Source: an uncultured cyanobacterium
Lineage (GTDB): Bacteria; Cyanobacteriota; Cyanobacteriia; PCC-9006; JAAUQQ01
Direction: 5' to 3'
DNA: 64,000 nt
Assembly (NCBI GenBank): GCA_963718615.1
Contig: OY970368.1
Coordinates: 4,960,001-5,024,000, forward strand
The notes beneath the pieces were generated by a model. It saw only the letters and a program-made list of their open reading frames with translations. It had not been told where the DNA came from and ran no database searches. The translations under genes were made by a program, and so were the position numbers. Positions 1-10,606 of this stretch are shown here, one piece after another. Within the stretch, counting starts at the first letter, position 1, and each line of letters starts with the position of its first letter.

Positions 1-987
1 TCCGTCAATCTAGACACAGCCTTTTGGGAATACACGGTCCTGGGCCAGCTCGTGAAGGCAGGCCACATTAGCCGAGATGTAGCCCGTTCGATTATCCAGG
101 CCAACATCGTCGAAGTCCTGTTTGATATTGTTCAGGCTTCCAAGCTGATCGAAAAATTTAGCTACACCAAAACCAATCTCCTCAATCCCCAGGACACCAT
201 CACACTGATTGCCCCAGAAACGCTGATTCAGGATTTAGAGCGGCAGTGGGGCCAATGGTGTGAAGTGAATTTGGCTCCCTATTCCCCCAACTTGGCTCCA
301 GCAGTCACACGACCTGGGGCACTCCAATCCCAGGTGACGCCTCAGACCTATGAAAAACTGATGCAGATGCTTAAGGGTCACCTGTCTTTGCGAGAGCTGG
401 CGCTACTGTTGCAAAAGGATGTGTGTCACTTTAGTCAGTCAATTATTGCCTACGAGCAACAGGGCATTGTTCAGCTCCAAGTGATTCCGGACTTGGGGGG
501 GACGACTGTTACACCCACAGCCGCAGCCCATTCCAGCGGGAGATCCACGTCTGCCCAAGAGGCCCTAAGCAATCTGCGCCGTACGATTAACCAGGTCACG
601 GTCCGAGCCAAGGAACCGCCTTTGGTTATGTGTATTGATGACAGTCCGATTATTTGTCAGCGTTTACAGCAAATTGTCGAGCGAGCGGGCTATCGCTATA
701 CCAGCATTCAAGACCCGATTCAGGCCCTGCCACTGCTGCTTTCGCAAAAGCCCGATTTGATTTTTGTTGACTTGGTCATGCCGGTCATTGGAGGCTATGA
801 GTTGTGTAGCCAAATCCGTCGATTGCCTTCATTTCAGGACACACCGTTGATTATTTTTAGTGGCAATATGATCGATCGTATTCGCGCCAAACTCGTACGG
901 GCAAACGATATTCTGGCGAAAGATGTTCCATCAGAACAAATTACTGCCACGATTGAGCGCTGGCTACCGCTCCATGTGGATCCCTAA
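1..987 (+). CDS. PatA-family response regulator (N-terminal PATAN/DUF4388-like region plus C-terminal receiver); 5' end outside the window
   Basis: The frame is open from base 1 (SVNLDTAFWEYTVLGQLVK...). C-terminal REC motifs CIDDS, DLIFVDLVMP, GYELC. Confidence 0.8.
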   Translation, partial: SVNLDTAFWEYTVLGQLVKAGHISRDVARSIIQANIVEVLFDIVQASKLIEKFSYTKTNLLNPQDTITLIAPETLIQDLERQWGQWCEVNLAPYSPNLAPAVTRPGALQSQVTPQTYEKLMQMLKGHLSLRELALLLQKDVCHFSQSIIAYEQQGIVQLQVIPDLGGTTVTPTAAAHSSGRSTSAQEALSNLRRTINQVTVRAKEPPLVMCIDDSPIICQRLQQIVERAGYRYTSIQDPIQALPLLLSQKPDLIFVDLVMPVIGGYELCSQIRRLPSFQDTPLIIFSGNMIDRIRAKLVRANDILAKDVPSEQITATIERWLPLHVDP

Positions 988-1934
988 GGTCCATCGGCCA
1001 AGGCTTGGGCTGCTTCAGCCACGAGCGCGGAGACAAAGGGCAAAATCCGTTCATTGTCGCTATGCTCGGAGCCCTCGGTAAAAATAACTAAGGTGTAGGG
1101 TAAACCACCAGGAACCTCGACATAGGCCGCATCATGACGGACACGGCTCATCCAGCCAGCCTTGGAACAGCACTGGGCTCCGGTGGGGAGACCTTCACCG
1201 ATGAATCCCCCGATTTGATTTTCGGGATCCGGTTTCCAGGCGGTGGGATCGAGCGATCGCCCCATCCAGCCTAACAGCCGTTGAGAAGCTGAGGCCGAAA
1301 CCGCGACGCCCCCGGCTATGCTATGCACCAGTCTTGCCACAGCATCCGTGGTGAGGACATTACGATTTTCGTAGTTTTCACCGTAAAAGGCCCGCTCGCG
1401 ACCGTAGGGGCCGTCTCCCCAGGTTTTTTGGTTGATATTGCAACTTTCCAGTTCTTCCCAGCCCAGCGACTGATAGTAGCGATTAACAATATTGCGCTGA
1501 TACTGCCAAGTCTTAAAGGGCTCCGGCGGTAGCTCTGGACCGCTCGTCGTGCCGGTGAGCACATCCACAATTAAGCCCGTGCCGTCATTGCTCGAATCCA
1601 CAATCATGTCCCGCGCCGCCCGTTCAATTTCCGGCGTCAGGCTGAGCATGTCCTTCTCCACCCATTCGAGCAGGGCCACCGCATAAAACAGCTTGACGAC
1701 GCTGGCGGGATAAATACATTCCACACCGCGATAGCTATAGCCTCGGGGCTGCTGGAGCCAAAAATCGTTGGCGGCGATCGCCCCTCCCGTATTCATCGGA
1801 AAGCCCGGATCATAGACCACCCAGGTGAGGGCAATTTGGTTGCGGGCTAGGCTAGGAAACTGGGCGAGGGTAGTTTGGAGGATGCGATCGCCCCACTCCG
1901 TCAGCGGCTCATCTTTTTTGCGGAAAAAAGGCAT
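984..1934 (-). CDS. Class A beta-lactamase-like serine hydrolase
   Basis: SxxK (PASVVKL), SSND and SKAG motifs. Start placed at MPFFRKK because the upstream extension lies in a 13-bp duplication. Confidence 0.8.
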   Translation of the reverse strand: MPFFRKKDEPLTEWGDRILQTTLAQFPSLARNQIALTWVVYDPGFPMNTGGAIAANDFWLQQPRGYSYRGVECIYPASVVKLFYAVALLEWVEKDMLSLTPEIERAARDMIVDSSNDGTGLIVDVLTGTTSGPELPPEPFKTWQYQRNIVNRYYQSLGWEELESCNINQKTWGDGPYGRERAFYGENYENRNVLTTDAVARLVHSIAGGVAVSASASQRLLGWMGRSLDPTAWKPDPENQIGGFIGEGLPTGAQCCSKAGWMSRVRHDAAYVEVPGGLPYTLVIFTEGSEHSDNERILPFVSALVAEAAQALADGP

Positions 1935-1954
1935 GGCAAGTTCAGGGGACAAGT

Positions 1955-2575
1955 TCAGGGGACAAGTTTAATGCAAGGCAAGGCAAGGTCAAAATTGGCG
2001 ACAATCTGGGCTAGGCCCAGGGGAGGCGTCGCATTTAAGTCTAGTTCGGCCCCCAGAAACGGCACCTGGCCAATCACAGGAACATGGGTCAGCGCCATCA
2101 CCTGCCGGGGATGGCTCCAATCCAGCAACCGCGCCTCCGCCTCCGCCGTCAGGCAGTTGAGCACAATGCCCCGCAGATCGCAGCGGCGTTGCTGGGCCAG
2201 GGCCACTTGCGCCACCAGGTTATCTAACCCCTGCTCGGTCACCGCCCCCACCAACAGCGTCGGCAACCGCCAATCTGCCGCCAAATCCGCCACCGTTGTT
2301 TCGGGCGTTACGGGGGTTCCTAAGCTACCCATAGCCTCAATGAGGATGCCGGTCTGGGGCTCGTCCGCCGGATTGGCAGAATTGAGCGGAGGATTCAGCG
2401 ATCGCCAGGTTTCCCCCAAGTCCAAGGTTCCAATCGCCGGTTGATGGAGCTTGATTTGCAGCCAGGGAACGGGCGATCGCAGCAGAGTGGAGCGGGCGAT
2501 CGCCTGGAGCACCAGAGTCTTACCGACGCCATAGCCGGTCCCTGCGATCAATAGACGATGGGGGGGTGGGAGCAT
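1955..2575 (-). CDS. bioD: Dethiobiotin synthase-like protein (shortened)
   Basis: P-loop GTGYGVGKT, plus IEAMGSLGTP, ADLAADWRLP and GIVLN. Appears to lack the KPxQ(S/T)G segment. Confidence 0.65.
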   Translation of the reverse strand: MLPPPHRLLIAGTGYGVGKTLVLQAIARSTLLRSPVPWLQIKLHQPAIGTLDLGETWRSLNPPLNSANPADEPQTGILIEAMGSLGTPVTPETTVADLAADWRLPTLLVGAVTEQGLDNLVAQVALAQQRRCDLRGIVLNCLTAEAEARLLDWSHPRQVMALTHVPVIGQVPFLGAELDLNATPPLGLAQIVANFDLALPCIKLVP

Positions 2576-2603
2576 GGGGCTTCTGCTTGTGTGTGAAGGA
2601 GTC

Positions 2604-2648
2604 GGCCTAGGGAATTGGCCTAGGAAATTGGCCTAGGAAATTGGCCTA
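2604..2648. repeat. 13-bp short tandem repeat (GGCCTAGGAAATT), about 3.5 copies
   Basis: Directly visible: ggcctagggaatt ggcctaggaaatt ggcctaggaaatt ggccta. Confidence 0.85.
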
Positions 2649-4637
2649 CTGGCCCCCCTGGGGCAACTCCACAGGAATATCCGCCGGGGGAGTGGGGGCT
2701 GGTGAGGCGGTTGCGGTCGGCGTCGGTGTTTCCGTCGGTGTCGGCATTTCCGTCGGCGTTGGCGTTTCCGTCGGTGTTGGCGTTTCCGTCGGTTCAGGTG
2801 CCGGTGCCGCCGTCACCCCCAGCGCCACCGAATAGGCTCCCGCTTCGCCCTGGGCCACCTCGATCAGATAATTGCCATCGTTGCTAGCTTGGACCGTTCC
2901 TTCCGTGCCCACCATATCGGGAATCGGGTTCCCATTGGGTAAATAAAATCGCAGGGTTGCCCCCCCTTCCACCACACGAGCACTAAGGGTTTGGCCCGAG
3001 ACCAAGGGCACCCGATAGCGCTGGATCACATTGGGGTCTAGTTTTCCAGAGAAAATACGTTCGATTCCCGGCACCAGCGACACCCGTTCCTCGCGATAGA
3101 CCGGTTCAACCGGGGTGGGTTCCGGGGAAGGGGCTGCCTGACGTTCTAGCCTCAGCTTGAAACGACTACTATCAACCCCCGAGACCGGACTCACCTGAAT
3201 CACATAGGTACCCTCCAGGGGCAGTTCCCCCGACCAAGTTTTGACCTGACTGGCTTGGCCATCAATCACCGCATCATCCGGCGCAATCAACGTCATGAGC
3301 ACCCCGTCATTGCTCAAGCTGGCGTTTAGGGTATCGCCTTGTTGAGCCTGAAACTCGTAGTTGATCGTCTGGTTCGCCTTAAGACCCCGTGAAAATTCCT
3401 GGGGTTTACCGGGCTGGAGCGTAATCGTCTGCCGCAGGCGTTCTAGGGTTGGGGAAGGGGTAGGACTGGAGGTCACCGTGGGGGTGACGGTGGGAGTCGG
3501 TGGTGGCGGCAGCACCTCCGGTTTGGGCGAGAGCGCGGTCACCAGAAGCCAAGAGCCGATCCCCGCCAAAGCAACGATCCCCGCTCCCACCGTGCCCACG
3601 GCCACGGGATCATCCCAAAAGGAGGATTCCGGCTGACTCACAGGACGAGGACTATTCGTTGACATTTTGCGTTCAAAAGAAGGTTCTACCGCCCGACCGA
3701 TGGCCACAGTCTGCATCTGTGAAGGCGGCGGCGCAGCGGCCATGCCAGAGGGATCTAAACCGAGGGTCTGTCCTGGGTTCACCGCTCCCGAAACCGCCCG
3801 CAATGCTTCCATAACATCGACGGCGGCAGGATAGCGATCGCCCGGTCGATAGCTCAACATTTTGTCCAACACACTGGCAAAGCGATCGGGCACCTGGGGA
3901 ACAAACTGCCGCCAAGTCCAAGCCATTTGATTGGCATCAAAGAGTTCCGCCGGTTGTCGGCCTGTCATCAAGACAATCGCCGTCACCGCCAGGGCATAGA
4001 GGTCGCTAGAGGGATAAACTTCACCGCCGCGAATTTGCTCGCTAGGGGCATAGCCCGGTTTCCCCACTGTTGTTGGCCCGCTCAGCTCATTGGTTTGTAG
4101 CTGGGTTGCCACGGCCTTGACCACGCCAAAATCTATCAGGACGGGCTGCCCGTCTTGCTCCCGGTACATGACGTTATCCGGAGAGATATCCCGGTGAATG
4201 ATGCCCTTGTTGTGAATGTGGCTGAGGACCGGCAGGAGCTGTTGCACAAACTGAAAGGCTTCGTCCGGGCTAAAAGCCGTTCCCTTGCTCAGATGTTCGC
4301 TCAACAGATCACTGTAGGAGCGGCCTTCCACATAGTCTTGAACAATAAAAAACCGGCTGTCTTCCTGGAAAACGGCCTGAAACTTAGGCACCTGGGGATG
4401 CTGAATGCGGTGCAGGACCGAAGCTTCCCGCTCAAACAGCTCCTGGGATTTTTCGATCGCATAGCGACTGTCGCGGGGGGGAATAAATTCCTTCAGCGCG
4501 CAATATTCGTTAAATCGGCCTTGGTCTGCTGCCAGGTAGGTGCGCCCAAAGCCCCCCTGGCCGAGGATTTGCAAAATCCGATAGCGATTTTGAAGAACGG
4601 TTCCAATGGGAATGGGTGGTTGCATGGCCAGACACAA
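2646..4637 (-). CDS. Membrane Ser/Thr protein kinase with C-terminal extracytoplasmic (PPC-like) domains and Pro/Thr linkers
   Basis: LGQGGFGRTY, HRDISPDN, LIDFG and GYAPSEQ motifs; one TM helix; PT-rich repeats. Confidence 0.92.
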   Translation of the reverse strand: MCLAMQPPIPIGTVLQNRYRILQILGQGGFGRTYLAADQGRFNEYCALKEFIPPRDSRYAIEKSQELFEREASVLHRIQHPQVPKFQAVFQEDSRFFIVQDYVEGRSYSDLLSEHLSKGTAFSPDEAFQFVQQLLPVLSHIHNKGIIHRDISPDNVMYREQDGQPVLIDFGVVKAVATQLQTNELSGPTTVGKPGYAPSEQIRGGEVYPSSDLYALAVTAIVLMTGRQPAELFDANQMAWTWRQFVPQVPDRFASVLDKMLSYRPGDRYPAAVDVMEALRAVSGAVNPGQTLGLDPSGMAAAPPPSQMQTVAIGRAVEPSFERKMSTNSPRPVSQPESSFWDDPVAVGTVGAGIVALAGIGSWLLVTALSPKPEVLPPPPTPTVTPTVTSSPTPSPTLERLRQTITLQPGKPQEFSRGLKANQTINYEFQAQQGDTLNASLSNDGVLMTLIAPDDAVIDGQASQVKTWSGELPLEGTYVIQVSPVSGVDSSRFKLRLERQAAPSPEPTPVEPVYREERVSLVPGIERIFSGKLDPNVIQRYRVPLVSGQTLSARVVEGGATLRFYLPNGNPIPDMVGTEGTVQASNDGNYLIEVAQGEAGAYSVALGVTAAPAPEPTETPTPTETPTPTEMPTPTETPTPTATASPAPTPPADIPVELPQGGQ
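2705..2800 (-). repeat. 18-bp in-frame repeat encoding (TETPTP)n in the kinase C-terminus
   Basis: Repeated ggcgtttccgtcggtgt units on the + strand. Confidence 0.8.
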
Positions 4638-4871
4638 AAATTAAGGAACGCGGTCAGGAACGATTCATCCCAGACAAGGATTCACCCCAGACAATATAGG
4701 GGGTGATTGGCGATCGCAAGGGATTCCCCTCAGTCCGGCCTAGCCGGTGGCCCTCCACTTGCCAACCGGGTTGCAGTTTAACAGGGCTTTCGATACAGTG
4801 ATCTCCAATACTATTTCAAAAAAATCTTTCAAAAATCTTTCAAAGAATCAAAGTCTACCCTGGCGTTGACC

Positions 4872-5333
4872 TCAGGGGGTCCTCAGACGTTCCTTAACCC
4901 AGGTTTGCACTAACTTGCCATCCGCTTGCCCTTTAAGACGCTGCATCGCGGGTCCCATCACCCTTCCCATATCCTTAGCAGAGCTGGCTCCCACCTCGGT
5001 CATGATTTCATCAATGATGGCTTTGATTTCTGCTTCTGAAAGCTGTTCCGGCAAATATTCTTCAATGATGGCCAGTTCCTGGCTTTCCTGGTCAGCCAGT
5101 TCGCTCCGACCGGCCTGTTGGTACTGGGCGATCGAGTCCCGGCGCTGTTTTGCCAGCTGGGTCAACACGGCCAATTCTTCGTCACTGGAAAGCGTATCTT
5201 TGCCCTTGGCCCGCCCATCCACTTCTTTTTCTAGCAAGAGCTTTTTAATACTCCGCACGGTTTCTAAGCGAATCTTATCGCGGGACTTCATTGCCGCTTT
5301 GATATCTTCCCCAATCCGATCTTTGAGACTCAT
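4872..5333 (-). CDS. GatB/YqeY domain protein
   Basis: MSLKDRIGEDIKAAMKSRD...KQRRDSI...YLPEQLSE...KDMGRVMG. Confidence 0.92.
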   Translation of the reverse strand: MSLKDRIGEDIKAAMKSRDKIRLETVRSIKKLLLEKEVDGRAKGKDTLSSDEELAVLTQLAKQRRDSIAQYQQAGRSELADQESQELAIIEEYLPEQLSEAEIKAIIDEIMTEVGASSAKDMGRVMGPAMQRLKGQADGKLVQTWVKERLRTP

Positions 5334-6002
5334 GGTGAATGCGATCGCCTCCCAGCAATTATTCTCTTAACTATTCAAGCAAACTTCCTGGATAGATGGG
5401 GGATGGAGACATGAGATTATCCTCAGACTTTGCCTATTAAACTTACATAATTTGTCGAGATTCAAGACCCTTTTTCAGGGAAGTTTATCAAGATTTATCT
5501 AGCTCTATCCAGTTTGTGATCGAAGTCTATGGAAGATGTTTAGTCTGATACATTAAGCAAGCATAAGTCTTTAAGATACGCTTGACTCAGAGATCCATCA
5601 GAATCCATGGATCCAGTGAACTTTGCCAGGGACAAGAGATAGGGAATTGCCCTATTATCATCCGCAAATAAGCAATAATGAATCTCTCCTCAATTCCTTA
5701 AGACTTTTAGCACAATGGATTCCAAGGGGTTAACAGACTGAAATCTAGCGAAAAATCCGAGTAAGCAAGCGCTAACATACGTAAATTTTGGGTCCAATGT
5801 TCCTCTAATTCATTTATCTTTATGAAGTCTTCTATCGAACCGTAGCAGAAATGCCGAATTCAGCGAAAGAAAAGCGAAAAGATGGCGATCGCCCCGGCAA
5901 AATTCCAACCGACAAGCTTCGGTTTAAATCCTAGTAATTTGCAATCCCCCCAATGGAATCAAGAGTGATAAAATTGCACTGAATGCGCTCCAGAATTTTG
6001 TC

Positions 6003-6998
6003 GTGATTCGTTCCGCCACCCTTCCTTTCTCGCCTGCTTTGCCTGCTTTTCCGGACAATCAGCGTCTCAGGCTCTTCTCAGGCTCTGCCAATCCAGCCCT
6101 GGCCCAAGAAGTCGCTCGCTACTTGGGAATTGACCTGGGGCCAATGGTGCGAAAACGGTTCGCTGATGGAGAACTTTACGTTCAAATTCAAGAATCGATT
6201 CGGGGCTGTGATGTCTATCTCATCCAGCCGACCTGCTGCCCTGTCAACGACCATTTGATGGAACTGCTGATCATGATCGATGCCTGTCGTCGGGCTTCGG
6301 CGCGGCAGATCACCGCAGTGGTTCCCTACTATGGCTATGCTCGGGCCGATCGCAAAACCGCCGGACGGGAGTCGATCACTGCCAAGCTCGTGGCCAACTT
6401 GATGACCCAGGGCGGAGCCGATCGAGTCCTGGCCATGGACCTCCACTCCGCTCAAATTCAGGGCTATTTTGACATTCCCTTTGACCATGTATATGGATCC
6501 CCCATTATCATGGACTATCTGCTGAGCAAGAGTTTTAGTGATCTTGTGGTGGTCTCACCGGATGTCGGCGGCGTGGCCCGAGCCCGAGCCTTCGCCAAGA
6601 AGCTCAACGATGCCCCCCTAGCCATCATTGACAAACGTCGTCAAGCCCATAACGTCGCAGAAGTGATGAATGTCATCGGCGATGTGGCGGGTAAAACTGC
6701 CGTGCTAGTGGATGACATGATCGACACCGCCGGAACCATTTGCGAAGGAGCAAAGCTACTGCGCCGGGAAGGGGCTCACAAGGTCTATGCCTGTGCCACC
6801 CATCCGGTTTTTTCCCCTCCAGCGGTCGAGCGGTTGGCCCAGCCCGGTTTGTTTGAAGAAGTGATCGTCACCAATACCATTCCCCTCGCTCCCGATCAGC
6901 AGTTTCCTCAGTTGACGACGCTGTCGGTGGCCAATCTCCTAGGCGAAGCCATCTGGCGAATCCACGAAGAAAGCTCCGTCAGCATCATGTTTCGGTAA
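6003..6998 (+). CDS. prs: Ribose-phosphate pyrophosphokinase
   Basis: FADGE, PYYGYARADRK, VSPDVGG, VDDMIDTAGT. Confidence 0.97.
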   Translation: MIRSATLPFSPALPAFPDNQRLRLFSGSANPALAQEVARYLGIDLGPMVRKRFADGELYVQIQESIRGCDVYLIQPTCCPVNDHLMELLIMIDACRRASARQITAVVPYYGYARADRKTAGRESITAKLVANLMTQGGADRVLAMDLHSAQIQGYFDIPFDHVYGSPIIMDYLLSKSFSDLVVVSPDVGGVARARAFAKKLNDAPLAIIDKRRQAHNVAEVMNVIGDVAGKTAVLVDDMIDTAGTICEGAKLLRREGAHKVYACATHPVFSPPAVERLAQPGLFEEVIVTNTIPLAPDQQFPQLTTLSVANLLGEAIWRIHEESSVSIMFR

Positions 6999-7073
6999 AT
7001 TTCTACCCCCACCCCCAGCCTAGGGGTCGGCATCCCCGGCTCTGGGGTATTGCCGACCCAGAAGCCATCCAGG

Positions 7074-7532
7074 TTAACCATCTGCATCGGTATCGGCGAA
7101 CGTATCCGAAGGCCGCCGAGGGGTCGGCCAGTCGGCGTTTTCGCCCCCGACAATGACGGTCTCGACCGTGACATAGTCCTTGGAAAACTGTCGGAAGGTG
7201 TTGATCAAAATATCTAAGGCCATAGCATCACTGGTGCCCAGATCAAACCAGCACCGCGCCCAAAGTCCTTCAAATTCTACTTCGCCCATGTTGTGCATGA
7301 GCGCCATCAGGCTGTCCTCCGCCCGATCATCCTCATAGTTGAGGTAGGACAGATCAACCCCTGCATCTTGGATCTGTAAACTCTCAGCATTAAAACCCCC
7401 CAGTTTCCCGAGAAAGAACCAGGAGTCAAAGACTTCCTCAATGTACTGTCGCTCCATGAGCGAAGGCACGGTCTCAAACTGAACCCAGATCCAGAGGTCA
7501 AAGGCGTCGAATTCGCGAAACTGAACTTCCAT
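7074..7532 (-). CDS. DUF3531 / CRR6-family NDH-1 assembly protein
   Basis: FREFDAFDLWIW, SWFFLGKLGGFNAE, WARCWFDLGTSD. Confidence 0.75.
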   Translation of the reverse strand: MEVQFREFDAFDLWIWVQFETVPSLMERQYIEEVFDSWFFLGKLGGFNAESLQIQDAGVDLSYLNYEDDRAEDSLMALMHNMGEVEFEGLWARCWFDLGTSDAMALDILINTFRQFSKDYVTVETVIVGGENADWPTPRRPSDTFADTDADG

Positions 7533-7585
7533 GGGAGCGTATCGGCCTCAGGACAAAATAACGGAGCGATGGGGGCGATACCGGA

Positions 7586-8665
7586 CTAAAGCTTTGGCAG
7601 ATCCGCCGGAGCCGGTCCCCAATTCCCCTCGCCATCCCGAATCTTATCGCGATCAGCATCGCAGTTGCGCGGCAGAGAATCTAGTTTGCGCTGGTTCTTG
7701 CAGGCTTCGTAGAAAATCTGACCCACAAGACTCTTGGGCATGGTGTCCGACGCCTGGAGCGCCGCCTTGAAATCCGCTTGGGCGGCGGCGGCATTGCCTT
7801 GGGTCGCTAGCAGTTGTCCCTTGAGGTAATGCATTTCTGCATGGTTGGGCTGGGCTTTAAGACCCCGATTGGCAGCTTCTAGCCCTTTGTCATATTGCTT
7901 CATCGTGCGATAGCCCGTGGCCAAGGCCCAGTCGGCTAGGTAGGCGGCATCGGGGCTTTCACTGCGGACGAGTTCGAGTTTGGCGATCGCCGCTTTACTA
8001 TCGGACAACGGCAGATAAACCGACGTCATCATATCCATAAACCCTTGGACTAGATTGAGCTCGGGATCATTGGGATCAAGGTTGCGGGCTTGCTTGAGCG
8101 AACCGTAAATCCCCTTCAGTTTGCCAAAGGCCTTCGACATGCCTCGAATCGGGCCATCGCCGCCATCGGACAAGGCATAGGCTCCTTCTAGAAAATCCGC
8201 CATGGCCAGGTAGACATGACTGCGCAGAGGCTGGCTGGTTTTGAGCGCTGTTGCGGCTTGCCGAGTCTTTTGGGCATAGCTGGGGATCGCAGCCCAATCC
8301 TTGTTTTGATAGGCCAAAACCGCAAGCAGGGTATAAGCCAAGGGCTCATTCGCCTCTGTCGTTTGGGCTTGGTTCAGCAGCTCCGTCGCCGCCGCGTAAT
8401 CATTCGATTTAAACATGGCCTCGAAGGCTTGGCTGGTCTTCTCCCCAACCGGCTTCGGGTTATTCGTGCGGAAGGGGTCTGCGGCCAAGGCTGGAGCCAG
8501 CGATCCCAGGGTCAGCAACGCTGCACCCAAAATCCCGCCGAGGAAAGTCTGAAATTTTCTCGCAGGCAATCGTCTCCGGCCTTGAACGGCGGGCAGAGCA
8601 GCAGGCAAAGCGGCGGGCAGGCGACGGGCAGAAAACGAGGAAATAACCATAAGAAGATCGCTCAA
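7586..8665 (-). CDS. Sll0314/Alr1548-family TPR protein with signal peptide
   Basis: ALAADPFR after a hydrophobic signal; DPNDPELNLVQGFMD; TPR-like helices. Start uncertain. Confidence 0.7.
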   Translation of the reverse strand: MSDLLMVISSFSARRLPAALPAALPAVQGRRRLPARKFQTFLGGILGAALLTLGSLAPALAADPFRTNNPKPVGEKTSQAFEAMFKSNDYAAATELLNQAQTTEANEPLAYTLLAVLAYQNKDWAAIPSYAQKTRQAATALKTSQPLRSHVYLAMADFLEGAYALSDGGDGPIRGMSKAFGKLKGIYGSLKQARNLDPNDPELNLVQGFMDMMTSVYLPLSDSKAAIAKLELVRSESPDAAYLADWALATGYRTMKQYDKGLEAANRGLKAQPNHAEMHYLKGQLLATQGNAAAAQADFKAALQASDTMPKSLVGQIFYEACKNQRKLDSLPRNCDADRDKIRDGEGNWGPAPADLPKL

Positions 8666-8890
8666 TCCTTAACTGATTCAGTCAAACGGAAATCGGGGAA
8701 TACGCAAGCTTTTATGACGGGCGATCGCCCCAGGGTGTTCCAACTGCCGACGGCATCTCCGTCCATTATGGTCAATTTTTTTACAGCCAGAGTCCCCGAA
8801 AATGGACCACAGTTGCCACAATGGATTTAGCCCTTGCCCCGAGTCTGTTTGAGCGAGGGCAGGCTGTGGTTGAACAAAATTTACCGCTGA

Positions 8891-9559
8891 ATGCTCTATC
8901 TCAAAAATATTTCCTATCATCCCCCGGCCACGCCCCAAGCCATTCTCAACGCGGTGAATCTGACCCTCGCACCGCAGCAGTTGGGTTTAGTCATTGGCCC
9001 CAGTGGCTCTGGCAAAACCACCTTGCTAGAAATCCTGGCAGGGTTAGCCCAGCCCACGGCAGGAGAGGTGGCTTGGCGAGAACAGTTACTGACGCCAATC
9101 CATTTGCAACAGTTGGGGGGGCTCGTATTTCAGTTTCCAGAGCGGCATTTTTGCGGGGGCACGGTTTTGGAGGAACTGCGGTTGGGGCATCCGGAATTGG
9201 GGAGCGATCGCGTCTATGAAGCCCTAGAAGAAGTGGGCCTCGGCCATCTCTCGCTCCAGTCTTCTCCCCAAGCCCTCAGCGGCGGTCAACAGCGGCGATT
9301 GTCCCTTGCCGTGCAACTCATTCGCCAGCCCCATTTATTGCTCTTAGACGAACCCACCGCTGGGCTAGATTGGTCCATGCGTCAGCAATTGGTGAATTTG
9401 CTCGCCCGCCTCAAACGCAAGTGGACGCTACTGATCGTCACCCACGATGCCGTCGATCTCATGCCCATCGCCGACTGCGCCTGGACCCTTAATCACGGCA
9501 TTCTCAGTGCCGTCGCCCTAGACTCGATGAATTTGTCCTCGCCACCCTGCACAAACTAA
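8891..9559 (+). CDS. ABC/ECF transporter ATP-binding protein
   Basis: GPSGSGKT, VFQFPE, LSGGQQRR, LLLDEPT, VTHD. Confidence 0.92.
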   Translation: MLYLKNISYHPPATPQAILNAVNLTLAPQQLGLVIGPSGSGKTTLLEILAGLAQPTAGEVAWREQLLTPIHLQQLGGLVFQFPERHFCGGTVLEELRLGHPELGSDRVYEALEEVGLGHLSLQSSPQALSGGQQRRLSLAVQLIRQPHLLLLDEPTAGLDWSMRQQLVNLLARLKRKWTLLIVTHDAVDLMPIADCAWTLNHGILSAVALDSMNLSSPPCTN

Positions 9560-9627
9560 GGCCATTTTGTAAGCTAAAGAAACGAACGGGGTTAAAGATT
9601 TAAGATCAGGAGCAGAAAGGAAGCGTA

Positions 9628-10524
9628 ATGGCAGATCAATTAATTCGGGCAACGGCAGCGGAGGGCGGGATTCGAGTCGTAGGGGTGATCACCACGGATT
9701 TAACCCAAGAGGCTCGCGATCGCCACCAGCTCTCCTACGTGGCCACCGTTGCCCTCGGGCGAACCATGGCCGCCGGGTTGCTCTTGGCTTCGAGTATGAA
9801 GCAGCCCCAGTCTCGGGTCAATCTGCGCATTAAGGGAGCCGGTCCACTCAAGGGGTTGTTGGTCGACGCGGGACTAGACGGTACGGTGCGGGGCTATGTA
9901 GAAAATCCAGCGGCAGAACTGCCTCTCAATGCCAAGGGACAATTGGATGTGGGCCGAGCCCTGGGAGCCGGATACCTCTACGTCATGCGCGATGTGGGCT
10001 ACGGCTATCCCTACAGCAGTACCGTAGAGCTCCTCTCCGGGGAAATTGGCGAAGATGTGGCCTACTATCTCGCTCATTCAGAGCAAACGCCATCGGCGCT
10101 GATGCTGGGGGTATTTACCCATGAATCGGGGGTGCAAGTCGCTGGCGGCCTTCTGGTTCAGGTATTGCCCAAGGCCTCACGGGATGAGTCGCTGGTGGAG
10201 CTCCTAGAGTCCCGCATCAGCCAACTCTCCGGATTTTCGGCGCTCCTGCAAAGCGGCAAGACGCTGACCCAGATTATGGCGGATTTGCTGGGGGATTTAG
10301 GGCTAGAAATTTTTCCAGAGACCCGCCTGCTGAAATTCTATTGTCCTTGTTCTCGCGATCGCGTCCTCGGTGCGCTGAAACTTTTTGGCAGCGAGGAACT
10401 GCGAGACATGGTTGAAAAGGATGATGGCGCTGAGGCCACCTGTGAGCTTTGTGGCGAAATTTATCAGGTCAAAAGCAATGAACTAGAAGACCTGATTGAA
10501 ACGCTGGAAGCGGCGAATGCCTAG
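9628..10524 (+). CDS. hslO: Hsp33 redox-regulated chaperone
   Basis: SGEIGED...SEQTPS; zinc motifs CPCS and CELC; AAAGGAAG RBS. Confidence 0.95.
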   Translation: MADQLIRATAAEGGIRVVGVITTDLTQEARDRHQLSYVATVALGRTMAAGLLLASSMKQPQSRVNLRIKGAGPLKGLLVDAGLDGTVRGYVENPAAELPLNAKGQLDVGRALGAGYLYVMRDVGYGYPYSSTVELLSGEIGEDVAYYLAHSEQTPSALMLGVFTHESGVQVAGGLLVQVLPKASRDESLVELLESRISQLSGFSALLQSGKTLTQIMADLLGDLGLEIFPETRLLKFYCPCSRDRVLGALKLFGSEELRDMVEKDDGAEATCELCGEIYQVKSNELEDLIETLEAANA

Positions 10525-10606
10525 CCCAATCCACACCAACAATCCATACACACAGACGCCCACAGTAAGGGTGCAAGGACAAGGATAGGGGTGAGGTGCG
10601 GGTAAG

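Noticed and set aside
2604-2800. Tandem repeats as a possible CRISPR array
   Set aside because: Units are contiguous with no unique spacers and there are no cas genes; one set encodes a PT linker.
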